From Terriglobia bacterium (GTDB lineage Bacteria; Acidobacteriota; Terriglobia; JAJPHL01; JAPKYU01): a stretch of DNA of 64,000 nt. The stretch is from assembly GCA_965223005.1 (NCBI GenBank), contig CBDCVK010000002.1:160001-224000 (forward strand), given 5' to 3'. The notes beneath the pieces were generated by a model. It did no database searches. It was not told the DNA's origin and worked only from the letters and a program-made list of their open reading frames with translations. The first letter of the stretch is position 1. Every line of letters starts with the position of its first letter. Below, piece by piece: positions 29,101 to 39,033 of the stretch. The position numbers were made by a program, and so were the translations under genes.

Positions 29101-30238
29101 CTTGCAGGTGATCCGCGCGGAAATTTCCTGCCAGTTCTCCTCCCAGCAGGAGCAGCCGGAGGTCGGGAATCTCAACGAATTCCGGCGTGACCCGCACCTT
29201 GCCCGTGCCGTGGATTCGGGACAGCCGGAAGGGGGGCGATTCCAGGGCCAGGCGCTCCAGGAGCAGGTCCGCGGAGGAGTCAAGCCCCTGTCCGGCAGCG
29301 TCGTAGCTCAGCCTGCCTTTCAATCCTAGCCGCCCGCTGCGAAGTTCGCTTAGCCGGCTGACGGCGGCGATCTCCGCGACATCCAAGCCGGCTTCGTAGT
29401 GCAGCAGGATTTTCGGCTGTGCGGAAGCGAAGACGTGGCCGCTGAGCGACAAAGTGGAGCGAGGCGTCTCCCAGTTCATCCGCACAATTTGAATCCCGGT
29501 GCGACCCAGGCGCAACTCCGCGCGTGCCTGCAAAGGAGGCCCCGCCACCGTGCGCGGGCCACCCTCCCTGCTGGCATCGGTGGATCTCCAAAGTGCCGTG
29601 GCGAAAGCGATGCGCCCGTGGTAGAGGTCGGTGTCCGTTTCATAGGCGAAGTCTGCAAGCAGATTCTCGGCGGCAAACTCCAGCGGCAGGCGCTTGTCGT
29701 TCCAACTAAGCTCGCCATCGGTTACTTCCAGGTGCTTGATGGCCAGGTCCAGGACCTTGTCCGCCAGTGGTTTAGCCGTGGCCTGCCGACGTTCAGGCTC
29801 TGGAATGTTGGAGCGCCCGGTAGTATCCACTTCCAGGTGAATGCGTGGACGGGCGAGTCGGAGGAGGCGCCAGTCAATTTTCCGCCAGAGCAGGGAAGCA
29901 ATCTTCAGCCGGATGAAAATGGAGTCAGCGACAAATAGGGGGAGGTTTGGGTCCGTCTCCCGGCCCCGAATGACCAGGTGCTGGAGTTTAACTTCCAGGG
30001 CGGGGAGGTAGGAGCGAAAAAGGGTAGTCTCCGGTGGGGGTGGAAGCCACGGCAGATCAGTGAAGTTCACCCGACAACTGCCCAGCTCGACGCGGCCGCC
30101 CGTGGCGCGTTCGATCTGGCTTACGATGCGAGCCTGCACGTGCCGGTGGAAGTGCGCGCTACGCAGGTACAGCACTGCGCCTAGCGTGGCCAGTGTGAGC
30201 AGGCCGGCGCCGATGCCGATTTTTGCCCGTCGGGACAT
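26195..30238 (-). CDS. tamB: TamB/AsmA-like translocation-assembly protein
   Basis: N-terminal membrane anchor, long beta-rich repeats, TamB-like C-terminus (YRSEPPLPSSDVQALLITG); co-oriented with bamA/tamA. Confidence 0.88.
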   Translation of the reverse strand: MSRRAKIGIGAGLLTLATLGAVLYLRSAHFHRHVQARIVSQIERATGGRVELGSCRVNFTDLPWLPPPPETTLFRSYLPALEVKLQHLVIRGRETDPNLPLFVADSIFIRLKIASLLWRKIDWRLLRLARPRIHLEVDTTGRSNIPEPERRQATAKPLADKVLDLAIKHLEVTDGELSWNDKRLPLEFAAENLLADFAYETDTDLYHGRIAFATALWRSTDASREGGPRTVAGPPLQARAELRLGRTGIQIVRMNWETPRSTLSLSGHVFASAQPKILLHYEAGLDVAEIAAVSRLSELRSGRLGLKGRLSYDAAGQGLDSSADLLLERLALESPPFRLSRIHGTGKVRVTPEFVEIPDLRLLLLGGELAGNFRADHLQEQPKMSLAVQARGLSVPDLMRSLTTSQRPLSKLLWAGAVDGDINAQFLLVGRDATPDLEVESKFLVRPPSAAPPGVLPVSGRGELTYASSAGQLALRNISLETPGSRISAEGVWATGPSSEHDLQLNLSTTSSQEWAPLFAVQLPEEAPIALELQGRAQLQGTIRGSGPAPRLEGRLEAADFRYGKTHWTGFATTLVYSPNLLRLTEAQLRRGGSVVRLNFTAQLTQGEFTEASIFNLEAEAEDADLADLAGRTGTPYPLTGRVSTTLRAEGTKRNPQGSACVRVTSGTLAGEPFDALRGKLNFAQGELRIADIELTKGSAKITGEAKYRPADGTYQFQLGGAGLALNEISLLRSPRFVLGGQVGFRASGAGVPERPRLEAAVEVSDLEVNGERMGKLTASAETRDGLLEARLKSQLVRGNIAGTMSVQLSGGFPAQGRVELTGVDLDPLFEKAFGGHLTSHSTTTGWINISGPLKKPESLLVATEISELQAALEQVELRNKGPLRASFRDGRIQIEAARLAGTQTNLSVAGWLRVTGPPATRTLELRANGEMNMALLRTLNPELIGSGKLRLDATATGTLQRPLLKGRAQIYNGGMALRGFSTGLSKMEGSLLFDIQRVRIEKLTAEAGGGKVHLSGFMEYANSPPVLRLRAEAEGVRVRHPEGTSSLLNASLNLDGTAQHSVLAGEAVVTRASFNPRFDLARSLGLVRARGPTLVTSPLLDTMQLDVRVTSSPNLRLELASARDLQVLANLRLRGTVARPAIIGRVELSQGEILFAGTRYIVNPGDISFVNPFRIEPVVNLHLQTRAQQFEIFVALNGPLDRLNITYRSEPPLPSSDVQALLITGRAQEGGTVTQPTQSFPTLATSAILEQALNAAVGSRIERLFGGGRVKIAPHVGGPETSPGAQLTVEQQVTPDVRLTYVTNLTSTQQQVIQLEWTINRRWSLNAVRDRNGLFGVDFKWRKQFR

Positions 30239-30244
30239 GAAGGC

Positions 30245-30889
30245 TTATCGAAACTGGATGGGCACCTGCTCCCGCAGATCCTTGATCCAGCTGGAGTAGC
30301 GCTGGTTGATGCGCTGCTCGACCAGAATCTCCTCGATGCGATGCTTCACCTTGGCTAGCCGCGGCAATTCCCGAGCTTGCCGGGCGCGCAAATCCGGCAG
30401 CAGCGTTTCGCGGTAATAGCGTTCGATTGCCGTCTCATCCACCTGCACTCCTGGCCGGAAACGGAAGTCAATAAAGCGAAGAATCCGGGTCCCGAGAGCA
30501 ACACGCCGGCGGACCTGCGCTTCTCTCAGCTCATATTCTTGCAGGGCGCGCTGGAAAGTCCCGTTGCCGGCGAAGCCCCTCCGAATTTCAGCCATGCGTC
30601 TTTCCACATCGGCTGCCGGGACCTCCGGGAAGCGGCTGGTTTGCATCTCCTGCTCGAGCAGCGCCCGGTCCACCAGGCGCTCAGCAATGATGCGGATGTG
30701 CGCGTCGTCCAGCGGCTCCGCCGGCAGTTGTTCCAGCAGGCTCTCGATTCGGTAGTCTTCCCAGACATCGCTGAGGGTGACGATCCGTTCTCCCAGGGTG
30801 GCCACGATCCGGTCCACGATGACCGGGAGCGCTCCGCTCGGCAGCAGCATGAGGAGCAGGAGAGCTATTGGGAGAGCGCGACGTTTCAT
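30245..30889 (-). CDS. SurA N-terminal domain chaperone-like protein
   Basis: Signal peptide; IVDRIVATLGERIVTLSD; C-terminal WIKDLR. Confidence 0.8.
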   Translation of the reverse strand: MKRRALPIALLLLMLLPSGALPVIVDRIVATLGERIVTLSDVWEDYRIESLLEQLPAEPLDDAHIRIIAERLVDRALLEQEMQTSRFPEVPAADVERRMAEIRRGFAGNGTFQRALQEYELREAQVRRRVALGTRILRFIDFRFRPGVQVDETAIERYYRETLLPDLRARQARELPRLAKVKHRIEEILVEQRINQRYSSWIKDLREQVPIQFR

Positions 30890-33807
30890 CAGAAAGTCTG
30901 CCCGATCGAGAAAAAGAACTGGAAATTGTTCAAGCGACCCGTGCCGGTTGATCCCACAAAGGCCGGAGGGTTGATGCTCCAGGCCAAGTCCAGGCGCAGC
31001 GGTCCGATGGGAGTTTTGTAGCGCAGCCCGGTGCCCACCGCGTGCACCATGTAGCTGAAATCGGTGAGATCGCGTTGCTTGACACGGAAGCTGATGTCGT
31101 CCAGCCTGGCGAATACATTCCCCATATCGTGGAAGAGGACGCCGCCGATGGTCTGGCCCAGGAGGGGAAAGCGCAGCTCCAGGCTGTTCAGCAACAGGGC
31201 GCGGCCTCCTATTGGAAACCCGGTCTCGAGGTCGCGGGGCCCAGCCTGGTTGATGCCGAAGCCTCGATGTGAATTCCCACCACCACTGAAAAATCTTTCC
31301 GGCAATGGGATATCTGGCTCGCCTAGTTCGTTCAAGACCTGACGTGGCCTCCCAAACGGGTCAGCCACGCCGAACCGCGTGTTGCGGGCCAGTACCAGAT
31401 TGGGTCCCAGTGCGTGGTATGTGCTGAACTGGCCCAGGAAGCGAACAAAATTAGCTCCACTGCCTACTAGGGAGGAAGACAAACCCGCATCCATGGTGAG
31501 GAAGCTGCCGCGTCTGGACTCCGTCGGATCGTTGCGGCGGTCGCGCACGAAGCTGGCGCCCAGCATCCCCACCCGCACCGGTCGGGCAAACAGCGGGATA
31601 TCCTGGACAGAGATCTTTAGCGTATCACGCTCGGCCTCCACCCGGCGGTAGCTATAGCGATAGAGCAGCGTGTCGCTGCGACCCCGTTTCTGCTGCAGGG
31701 CGACGGAGCCTTCGAGCCGCTGTGACGCAAATGTCAGCACGTCAAAACTGCGCTCCACGAACCCGCTAAACAGCAACGTCAGGCGCGGCGCGTGCCAGAA
31801 GCGCGGGGCCGTGTAACTGAACAGGGCGCGCTCCTGAAGTCGGCTTAGGCGCGACTTGAACGAGAGCGTGTGGTTGCGGCCGCGAAAATTCAGCCGGGTG
31901 ACCTCAAACGAGACCAGCGGGCTGATGCCGGCTCGCCCTTCTGGATCGGTCACCCCCTCGCTTGCGGCGCCGAAGCGGGCAACATCGACGCCGCCCCCTA
32001 CCGATACAGTGTAACGCCCTCCCTCTTCGACCCGCACCAGGGCGTTCTTGAATCGCTCCTTTCCCTCCCGGTTCTGCACTGCAATTTCGACCTTTTCGAA
32101 GATGCCCAGGTCATAGAGCCGGCGCTGGGTCTCCAGGATGTCTGATTGGCTGAGCGGCTCACCCTCTTTTAGCAAAAGCTGCTGGTCCACAATGTAGCTG
32201 CGCGTGGTGTCGAGTCCGCTGATCAACACCTGTTCGATGTACTGCCGTGGCCCCTCGGAAATCTTGTAAATCAGGTCAACCTGTTCCTGTCCGCCCTCGA
32301 CCGGTTGGACTTCCCAGTTGAAGGTGGCCTCGGGGAAGCCACGGTTGAAGTACTGGCTCAGCACGTTGGCTCGGTCCAGCCGGACATTGAAGTCGCTAAA
32401 CGGCTGACCGTCGGCGCAGGCCACCAAGCCTCGCAACTCCTCGGCGGGGATTTCCAGGGCGCCCTTGATGGTTAGCTTCCGCACCAGCGTCTGCGGACCT
32501 TCATCCACACGAAGGCGGACAGCCATGTGCCCCTGCTTGTCCTGATAGTCGTCCTGTACACCGGAAGTGACCCGCACGTTGCGGAACCCGTTGGCCACAT
32601 ACAGGTTCCGGATTGCCATCACATCCTTTTTCAGCAGATCGCCGCTAAAGCGGCCGTCACTCATCAGCCCCTTCTCCGTCACAAACATACGTTCCCGGAG
32701 CGTCGGCGTGTCGAAGTAACGATTTCCGGTGATCTCCAGCAGCTCCACCTGATGGTCGGGGCCGGGCTCGACGTGATATTCCACCACCATCTTTTCCCCG
32801 CCGGCTTCCGGGCTGCCGGCTTCCGAGTGGGTATGTGCCTCCACGCTGACGTCGAAGTGGCCCTGGCGCTGGTAGAAGTCCAGCAAGTTGTCTTTACCTT
32901 CACGCACCAGATCGGCGTCTACGACGCCCTCGGTGTAGATGGGAAGCAGCTCGCGGCGCTTGTTGTCAGATAGCTTGGCGCCGACGACATTGACCTCGAC
33001 CTGGGGCCCGCCGTTGACTTCCAGCACCAGCAGCACCCCGTTTTCCTGGGGAAGGTAGCGCCGCTCGACGATGGCAATTTCCGCTTCCAGGTATTTTCTC
33101 TTCCTGTAGTGCTTTCGCAGGCGGCGGAGCGCTTTTTGGAGTCGCTGCTGGGTCACTTCTTGACCCGGCTTGAGCTTGGCAGCGTGCAGGACCTTTTCCG
33201 GTGGGAAGCGGGGCGTGCCCGTGACCTGCACTTGGGAGATGCGCGCTTGCTCGCCCGCTTGGACTTGAAAATGGAGATCCACCTGCTGGATTTCAGGATG
33301 CAATTGCACCCGAGGCTCGATGCCTGCCTGGTAAAAGCCATGCTCTTGGAGCAACCGGCGCAGGCCTTGGATGGCCCGCGCGTGATTTCCCTCTGTCCAC
33401 AGCTCACCGAACTGCAACCTGGTGCTGTTGACCAGTTGCCCGCGGTTCGGGGGCTCTTGGACGCCTTCGACGAAGACACCCCCCACGAAGTAGTTTTCCC
33501 TGGTGATGAAGGTCAGGGTGAGGCCATCCGCCTGCCGTTGGGCGTCCACCTGGATATCGAGAAAACGCCCGGTCGCGTAAAGCCGCTGGATGCTCTGGCG
33601 GACCTTGCCCACGCTGTACACATCGTCGCGTTGGATGGCCAGCAATTCCTGTAGGCGCTGCTTGTCCAGAGCCGCCTGGGTCTCGATGCGGATTTCGCGG
33701 ACGGGCAGTTCTTGCAGTTCATCCGCGAAAACCGAGCCGGCTAGCAAAAGGGGCCCGGCTAGGAAAAGGGGAACGAAGAGCAACCTTGATATCCAACGGA
33801 GCACCAT
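30889..33807 (-). CDS. Omp85/BamA-TamA family outer-membrane assembly protein
   Basis: Signal peptide, several POTRA repeats, ERFFSGGGNSHRGF, C-terminal FFFSIGQTF. Confidence 0.93.
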   Translation of the reverse strand: MVLRWISRLLFVPLFLAGPLLLAGSVFADELQELPVREIRIETQAALDKQRLQELLAIQRDDVYSVGKVRQSIQRLYATGRFLDIQVDAQRQADGLTLTFITRENYFVGGVFVEGVQEPPNRGQLVNSTRLQFGELWTEGNHARAIQGLRRLLQEHGFYQAGIEPRVQLHPEIQQVDLHFQVQAGEQARISQVQVTGTPRFPPEKVLHAAKLKPGQEVTQQRLQKALRRLRKHYRKRKYLEAEIAIVERRYLPQENGVLLVLEVNGGPQVEVNVVGAKLSDNKRRELLPIYTEGVVDADLVREGKDNLLDFYQRQGHFDVSVEAHTHSEAGSPEAGGEKMVVEYHVEPGPDHQVELLEITGNRYFDTPTLRERMFVTEKGLMSDGRFSGDLLKKDVMAIRNLYVANGFRNVRVTSGVQDDYQDKQGHMAVRLRVDEGPQTLVRKLTIKGALEIPAEELRGLVACADGQPFSDFNVRLDRANVLSQYFNRGFPEATFNWEVQPVEGGQEQVDLIYKISEGPRQYIEQVLISGLDTTRSYIVDQQLLLKEGEPLSQSDILETQRRLYDLGIFEKVEIAVQNREGKERFKNALVRVEEGGRYTVSVGGGVDVARFGAASEGVTDPEGRAGISPLVSFEVTRLNFRGRNHTLSFKSRLSRLQERALFSYTAPRFWHAPRLTLLFSGFVERSFDVLTFASQRLEGSVALQQKRGRSDTLLYRYSYRRVEAERDTLKISVQDIPLFARPVRVGMLGASFVRDRRNDPTESRRGSFLTMDAGLSSSLVGSGANFVRFLGQFSTYHALGPNLVLARNTRFGVADPFGRPRQVLNELGEPDIPLPERFFSGGGNSHRGFGINQAGPRDLETGFPIGGRALLLNSLELRFPLLGQTIGGVLFHDMGNVFARLDDISFRVKQRDLTDFSYMVHAVGTGLRYKTPIGPLRLDLAWSINPPAFVGSTGTGRLNNFQFFFSIGQTF

Positions 33808-33904
33808 TCTTGGTTGGGCCGGAGAAACTTGCACCACGATGCGGCCAGCCGCGTTGCCAACGCCGGGACGGCCGCGCAGTCTCTTCAAGAAGTATAATAG
33901 TCTC

Positions 33905-34927
33905 GTGCCAGACGTCGCGGAAGAGAAATACTCGCGCCAGGTGTTGTTTGCAGGCTTGGGACTCGAAGGACAGCGGCGCTTGCGTGAGTCGCGCGCGCTG
34001 GTTGTCGGCTGCGGCGCGCTGGGCAGCTTCAGCGCCAATGCACTGGTCCGTGCTGGCGTGGGCCGCCTCACCGTGGTGGACCGCGATTTCGTGGAACCCA
34101 GCAATTTGCAGCGCCAGATGTTGTTCGACGAGGCCGATGCCCTCGAGTCGCTGCCCAAGGCGACCGCAGCCCAACGGCACCTGCGCCGGATCAATTCCGA
34201 CGTCGTCGTGGAAGGTCGCGTGGCTGACGTCACGCCCGACAACGTCGAGGAACTGGTCTCAGGAGCGGACGTCGTCCTGGATGGCACCGACAATTTTGAG
34301 ACCCGTTACTTAATCAATGACGCCTGCGTCAAGCTGGGGGTTCCCTGGATCTACGCGGCGGCAGTGGGCAGCTACGGCGCGACGATGCCGGTACTGCCGG
34401 GACGCACCGCCTGCCTGGCCTGCCTGTTCCCAGAGCCTCCCGCGGGCGCCGGTGAAACTTGCGAGACGGTAGGCATCCTCAGCAGCGCAGCGGCTGCTGT
34501 GGCCTCCCTCCAGGTAGCCGACGCCCTTAAGGTGCTGGGCGGAGCGCTGGAGCGGGTGGAAGCGCGCTTGTTCACCGTGGACGTATGGGAAAACCGGGTG
34601 CGCACACTGCGCGTGGGCTCGCCGGTAGCCGGCTGCCAGGTTTGTGGGAGCCGCCAGTTCCGGCACCTGGCCGGCGAGCGCCGAGCCCACATTACCCTGT
34701 GTGGACGCAATTCGGTGCAGATCCACGAGCGCGCGCGCCCCCTGGATTTTGGCCTGTTAAGCTCACGCCTGAAGCCGCTGGGTCAAGTACGTTACAACGA
34801 GTTTGTGCTGAGGTTCTTTGTCGCGCCTTACGAGATGACGCTGTTTCCCGACGGGCGTGCGATCATCAAAGGGACCACCGATCCCGGTGTGGCACGGAGC
34901 CTCTACGCGCGCTACATCGGCAATTAG
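33905..34927 (+). CDS. ThiF/MoeB family adenylyltransferase
   Basis: YSRQ, VVGCGALGS, VDRDFVEPSNLQRQ, DGTDNF, CLAC/CQVC. Confidence 0.93.
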   Translation: MPDVAEEKYSRQVLFAGLGLEGQRRLRESRALVVGCGALGSFSANALVRAGVGRLTVVDRDFVEPSNLQRQMLFDEADALESLPKATAAQRHLRRINSDVVVEGRVADVTPDNVEELVSGADVVLDGTDNFETRYLINDACVKLGVPWIYAAAVGSYGATMPVLPGRTACLACLFPEPPAGAGETCETVGILSSAAAAVASLQVADALKVLGGALERVEARLFTVDVWENRVRTLRVGSPVAGCQVCGSRQFRHLAGERRAHITLCGRNSVQIHERARPLDFGLLSSRLKPLGQVRYNEFVLRFFVAPYEMTLFPDGRAIIKGTTDPGVARSLYARYIGN

Positions 34928-35040
34928 CGGCCCGCGAGGTAGCCCGTGAGGTAGGATGATAGCAATGGGATCGCTCCGTCGGCTAATTCCATTAGGCGGG
35001 CGGATTGTCGGTGTCACTCTGGCGAGGCATTGTGGGTGGA

Positions 35041-35928
35041 ATGAAGCCGAGACGCAAACCGAGTCCAGAAGCTGAACGCAAGCTGAGCGAGCATCTCGCG
35101 GGAGTCCTGTACGTCGTGGGCACCCCCATCGGCAACCTGGAGGACATCACGCTGCGGGCTCTGAAAACGCTCAAGGAAGTGGACTTGGTGGCGTGTGAGG
35201 ACACCCGCCGGACGCAGCAACTGCTTCGACACTACCACTTGAGCACACCCACCACCAGCTACCACGAGCACAATGAGCTGACCAGGGCAGCGGAACTGAT
35301 CCTGGAGCTGGAGCAGGGGGCCCGGATTGCCCTGGTGAGCGACGCCGGCATGCCCGGCCTCTCCGACCCCGGCTACCGGCTCATCGCACTGTGTATCCGC
35401 CACCATATCCCGGTGATTCCCATTCCGGGGGCCTCCGCCGTCGTGGCTGCCCTGGTGGTCTCCGGCTTGCCGACCGATGCCTTTCGCTTCGGCGGCTTCC
35501 TACCGGCCAAAAGCCTCCAGCGCCGCAAAATGCTCCAGGAGTATGGCGAGGAGCGCAAGACGCTCATCTTTTACGAGGCTCCGCATCGCATCCTGGAGAC
35601 GCTCCAGGACGTCGATCAGGTGCTGGGAAACCGGCAGGTCGTGGTGGCCCGCGAGTTAACCAAGGTGCACGAGGAATTCCTGCGAGGGCACTGCCTGGAA
35701 GTGCTGGAGCAGTTCCGCCAACGGGGTCAGGCGCAGGGTGAAATCACCTTGCTGATCCGCGGCGCAGAGAAGCAGCCCCGGCTCGTGGCTCGGATGCCGT
35801 TGCGTCAGCGCGTCGAGCAAATCATGCGAGAGGAAAGGCTGGACCGGATGGCCGCGCTCAAGAGGGTGGCCCGGGAACAAGGCATTTCCAAGCGTCAGGC
35901 TTACCAGAAGTACGAGAGGGGAGAATAA
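35041..35928 (+). CDS. rsmI: 16S rRNA (cytidine1402-2'-O)-methyltransferase
   Basis: LYVVGTPIGNLEDIT, ACEDTR, LVSDAGMPGLSDPG, ARELTKVHEE. Confidence 0.96.
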   Translation: MKPRRKPSPEAERKLSEHLAGVLYVVGTPIGNLEDITLRALKTLKEVDLVACEDTRRTQQLLRHYHLSTPTTSYHEHNELTRAAELILELEQGARIALVSDAGMPGLSDPGYRLIALCIRHHIPVIPIPGASAVVAALVVSGLPTDAFRFGGFLPAKSLQRRKMLQEYGEERKTLIFYEAPHRILETLQDVDQVLGNRQVVVARELTKVHEEFLRGHCLEVLEQFRQRGQAQGEITLLIRGAEKQPRLVARMPLRQRVEQIMREERLDRMAALKRVAREQGISKRQAYQKYERGE

Positions 35929-36059
35929 CCGCGCTGTTCCTGTTTCGCCCGAAGTAGCAGGCGCCCTTCTTCGTCCCAGCGGTCCTGTCTTACAGGTGCG
36001 TGATCCAAGGTTTTTCAGAAACGGGGTTTTCAGAGACAGCGCTTTTCGGGGACGGGCGA

Positions 36060-36386
36060 CTACGTTTCTTTTACAAACGTGCGGAACTGAGGTCCGGTGA
36101 ACTCGACGGCGATGCGAAATTCATCGCCTTCCGGAAAAATCCGGATGATCTTGCCGGTGGTGAAGAAGGGGGCCTGCTCGCGCGTGCCGATGGGCGGCCG
36201 GGGAATCACGATGTCGAGTTCGGCGCCCGGCTCCAATTCGCGCTTGGTGAGAAATGCCAGTCCGCCTCGGCTGATGTTCTCCGAGCTGGCGGCTTCATCG
36301 AAAGGGCTCCCTAAGCGGTCTGTGCCCTTGATCAGCGCCTGCATGCTGACGCTCAGGCGGGATTGCTTGCGATGTTCGACGCCCAT
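36060..36386 (-). CDS. Stand-alone PilZ-domain protein
   Basis: RKQSR (RxxxR) and NISRGG (D/NxSxxG) motifs. Confidence 0.88.
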   Translation of the reverse strand: MGVEHRKQSRLSVSMQALIKGTDRLGSPFDEAASSENISRGGLAFLTKRELEPGAELDIVIPRPPIGTREQAPFFTTGKIIRIFPEGDEFRIAVEFTGPQFRTFVKET

Positions 36387-36559
36387 AGGCTAGCTCGAAG
36401 CTAGGCTAGCACAGATCCGCTGCGCATTTCCATACGCGCCTTGCTTTCAAGGAGTTGCAGGTCAGCGCTGCGGCTTCTTTTTGCGGAGCCGGCGACTCTC
36501 TTTCGACGAGCCTGCTTTGAGCCGCGGGATTCGCCCGGGTGCACGACGGACTCGAGTTC

Positions 36560-38746
36560 TTATGTTTCCCGAGGGTTGCCGGCCCATAATCCAGGTGACA
36601 CAGGGCGGAGGGCTCCGGGAGGGTTGCCCAGCAACTCAGACAGCGCGGCAGGCTCGTCCACCGGATGTTCGCAGGCGTAGTGTCGGCAGACGTAGGCGGT
36701 GGACCGACTATTGCGTGGAGTCATGGCAGCCAGAAAAGGGAGAGTGGGGCTCAGTTCAGCACGCGCCATCGCGTCCGCCAACAGCAGCACCTTGTTCGGG
36801 AGAAACCGCTCGTGCACCACACGCAGCAAGGCCTGCGTGTGCGGATCATCGCGCTCGCCGGCAATAACGATCTGCGTGGGCTCATCCTGTTGAAAGGCGA
36901 AGGCGACCAGCATCTGAGGCAGCGCCTGGGGTGCTTCAGTCAGTCGCACGGAAAAAGCCTGAAGGGTTAGCTCCGCCTTCTGGCGCCACTCCGTACGGTC
37001 CAACATCACGGCCAGACGCAGCAGGTTCAGCGCTGCGATTGAGTTGCCCGAGGGCTCTGCTCCATCGTAGTCATCCTTCAAACGAAGCAGAACCGAAGGG
37101 TCGCGGCCTGAAGTCGCGAAGAAACCGCCGCCTTCGGCGTCCCAGAACAACTCCGTCATTCGTTCGGTAAGCCGGGTTGCCAACCGCAGCCACTCCAGTT
37201 CAAAGCAGGCTTCGTAGAGGTCCAGCAGCGCCTGAATCAGGAACGCGTAGTCTTCCAGGTATCCTTGGAAAGCCACCTGGCCGTCGCGATAGCGCCGGTA
37301 CAAAGTCGCCTCCCGCTCGTTCCAAAGGGTGGAGGTGAGAAAGCGTGCTGCCCGGCGCGCCGCATCCAGGTAACGTGAGGCGTTGGGCTCGTGCCCCAGC
37401 ACCTGGTATGCCCGCGCCAGCGTGGAAATCATTAGACCATTCCAGGCGCAGAGGACCTTGTCGTCCAGGTGGGGGCGCGGGCGGCGGTCGCGACCCGCCC
37501 GCAGCTTCTGGCGGGCTCCCTCGAGTGCCTCCTCGACCTCCTCCGCCGTCCTTCCAGACGCCGCCATTTCTTCCAACGAGCGCATCACGTGCAGCACATT
37601 CTTGCCCGCCAGCTCGCCATGCGGATCTTCGGCGTTTCCCTTGGCCTTGACCCCATAGCGAGAATTGAACAATTCGGCGTCCGGGCCCAGAAGGTGCTCG
37701 ATTTCCGGCTCCGTCCAAACGTAGAAAGCGCCCTCGGCGCGTTCGGGGCGCCCGGCTTCCAGCAGGCTGTCGGCATCTTCGGCCGAGTAGAAAGCGCCCG
37801 AGGCGGGATCAGTCAGGTCGTGCAGCACATATTCGATGGTCTCCCGCGCGATCCGGGCGAAGAATTCGTCGCGGCTGATCTGGTAGCCTTCCAGGTAGCT
37901 GACAGCCAGCTGTGCCTGGTCGTAAAGCATCTTCTCGAAGTGCGGTACGTGCCAAAAGCCGTCCACCGAATAGCGATGAAAGCCGCCGCCCAGGTGGTCG
38001 TACATGCCACCGTTCGCCATGGCCGACAGAGTAGCCAGCACCATGTGCGCCGCCTCCTCGTCGCCGGTGCGCGCAAAGTAGCGAAGCAGAAAATCATGGG
38101 TCACCGGGCGAGGGAACTTGGGCGCCGCCCCAAAGCCGCCGTGCCTGCGGTCGTAGGCCTGCTGGAAAATCTTGAAGGTGCGGTAGAGCACACTGCTGTC
38201 CACGAGTTGCCGCCCAAAGACGGCTGCCGCCCCGCGCAGCTGCGCGATCATGTTTTCACTGGAGCGCACCACCACATCGCGTTGTTGCTGCCAGACTTCG
38301 GCGATTTTCTCCAGCACGGTGCGGAATCCGGGCCGTCCAAAGCGGTCCTCGGGCGGGAAATACGTGCCGCCGTAGAAGGGGTTCAAGTCCGGCGTCAGCC
38401 AGACCGACATCGGCCAGCCCCCGCTGCCGGTGCTCGCCTGCACGTAGGTCATGTACACTCGGTCCACATCGGGGCGCTCCTCACGATCCACTTTGATGTT
38501 GACGAACCACCGGTTCATCAGCTCAGCTGTCGCCGCATCCTCGAACGACTCCCGCTCCATGACGTGGCACCAGTGGCAGGTGGAGTAGCCGACGGAGAGA
38601 AAGATGGGACGGTCCTGCTCACGGGCCTGGCGGAATGCCTCTTCACCCCAGGAGTGCCAATCCACCGGGTTGTGAGCATGCTGGAGCAGGTAGGGGCTTT
38701 TCTCCTCGATGAGTCGATTCGGTTGACGGTTCGGCTGTTTGGACAA
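36560..38746 (-). CDS. Thioredoxin-domain / six-hairpin glycosidase-like protein (YyaL/SPATA20 family)
   Basis: [47 protein letters not shown]. Confidence 0.95.
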   Translation of the reverse strand: MSKQPNRQPNRLIEEKSPYLLQHAHNPVDWHSWGEEAFRQAREQDRPIFLSVGYSTCHWCHVMERESFEDAATAELMNRWFVNIKVDREERPDVDRVYMTYVQASTGSGGWPMSVWLTPDLNPFYGGTYFPPEDRFGRPGFRTVLEKIAEVWQQQRDVVVRSSENMIAQLRGAAAVFGRQLVDSSVLYRTFKIFQQAYDRRHGGFGAAPKFPRPVTHDFLLRYFARTGDEEAAHMVLATLSAMANGGMYDHLGGGFHRYSVDGFWHVPHFEKMLYDQAQLAVSYLEGYQISRDEFFARIARETIEYVLHDLTDPASGAFYSAEDADSLLEAGRPERAEGAFYVWTEPEIEHLLGPDAELFNSRYGVKAKGNAEDPHGELAGKNVLHVMRSLEEMAASGRTAEEVEEALEGARQKLRAGRDRRPRPHLDDKVLCAWNGLMISTLARAYQVLGHEPNASRYLDAARRAARFLTSTLWNEREATLYRRYRDGQVAFQGYLEDYAFLIQALLDLYEACFELEWLRLATRLTERMTELFWDAEGGGFFATSGRDPSVLLRLKDDYDGAEPSGNSIAALNLLRLAVMLDRTEWRQKAELTLQAFSVRLTEAPQALPQMLVAFAFQQDEPTQIVIAGERDDPHTQALLRVVHERFLPNKVLLLADAMARAELSPTLPFLAAMTPRNSRSTAYVCRHYACEHPVDEPAALSELLGNPPGALRPVSPGLWAGNPRET

Positions 38747-39033
38747 TATCGTTTCCTTTCTTCACGAGGAGGACTGCCCGGGAACCGATGCCGCTGCTCA
38801 GGCTACAGCAAGTCTGAAGGAACCGCAATGCGGCTGCCGGGGGAAGGGAATCACGGAAAATCCCCACTGCTGCCTTATCATGTGGTGCGCGGGATTATGT
38901 GGCGCGCCGGCCACCCGACCCGGCGGCTTCCAAGGACACCTCGGGACGAGACAAGCATGAGGCATGTGTTGGGAAAGTTGGCAATCAGCTAGGGTTACAT
39001 TGAGAAGGTTGCTCTCTAAGGAGGGAGTGCGAA

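Noticed and set aside
37469-38992. Long antisense ORFs (also 1750-2664, 8542-9501, 26522-27589 and others)
   Set aside because: Shadow frames opposite well-supported genes in high-GC DNA with no recognisable motifs
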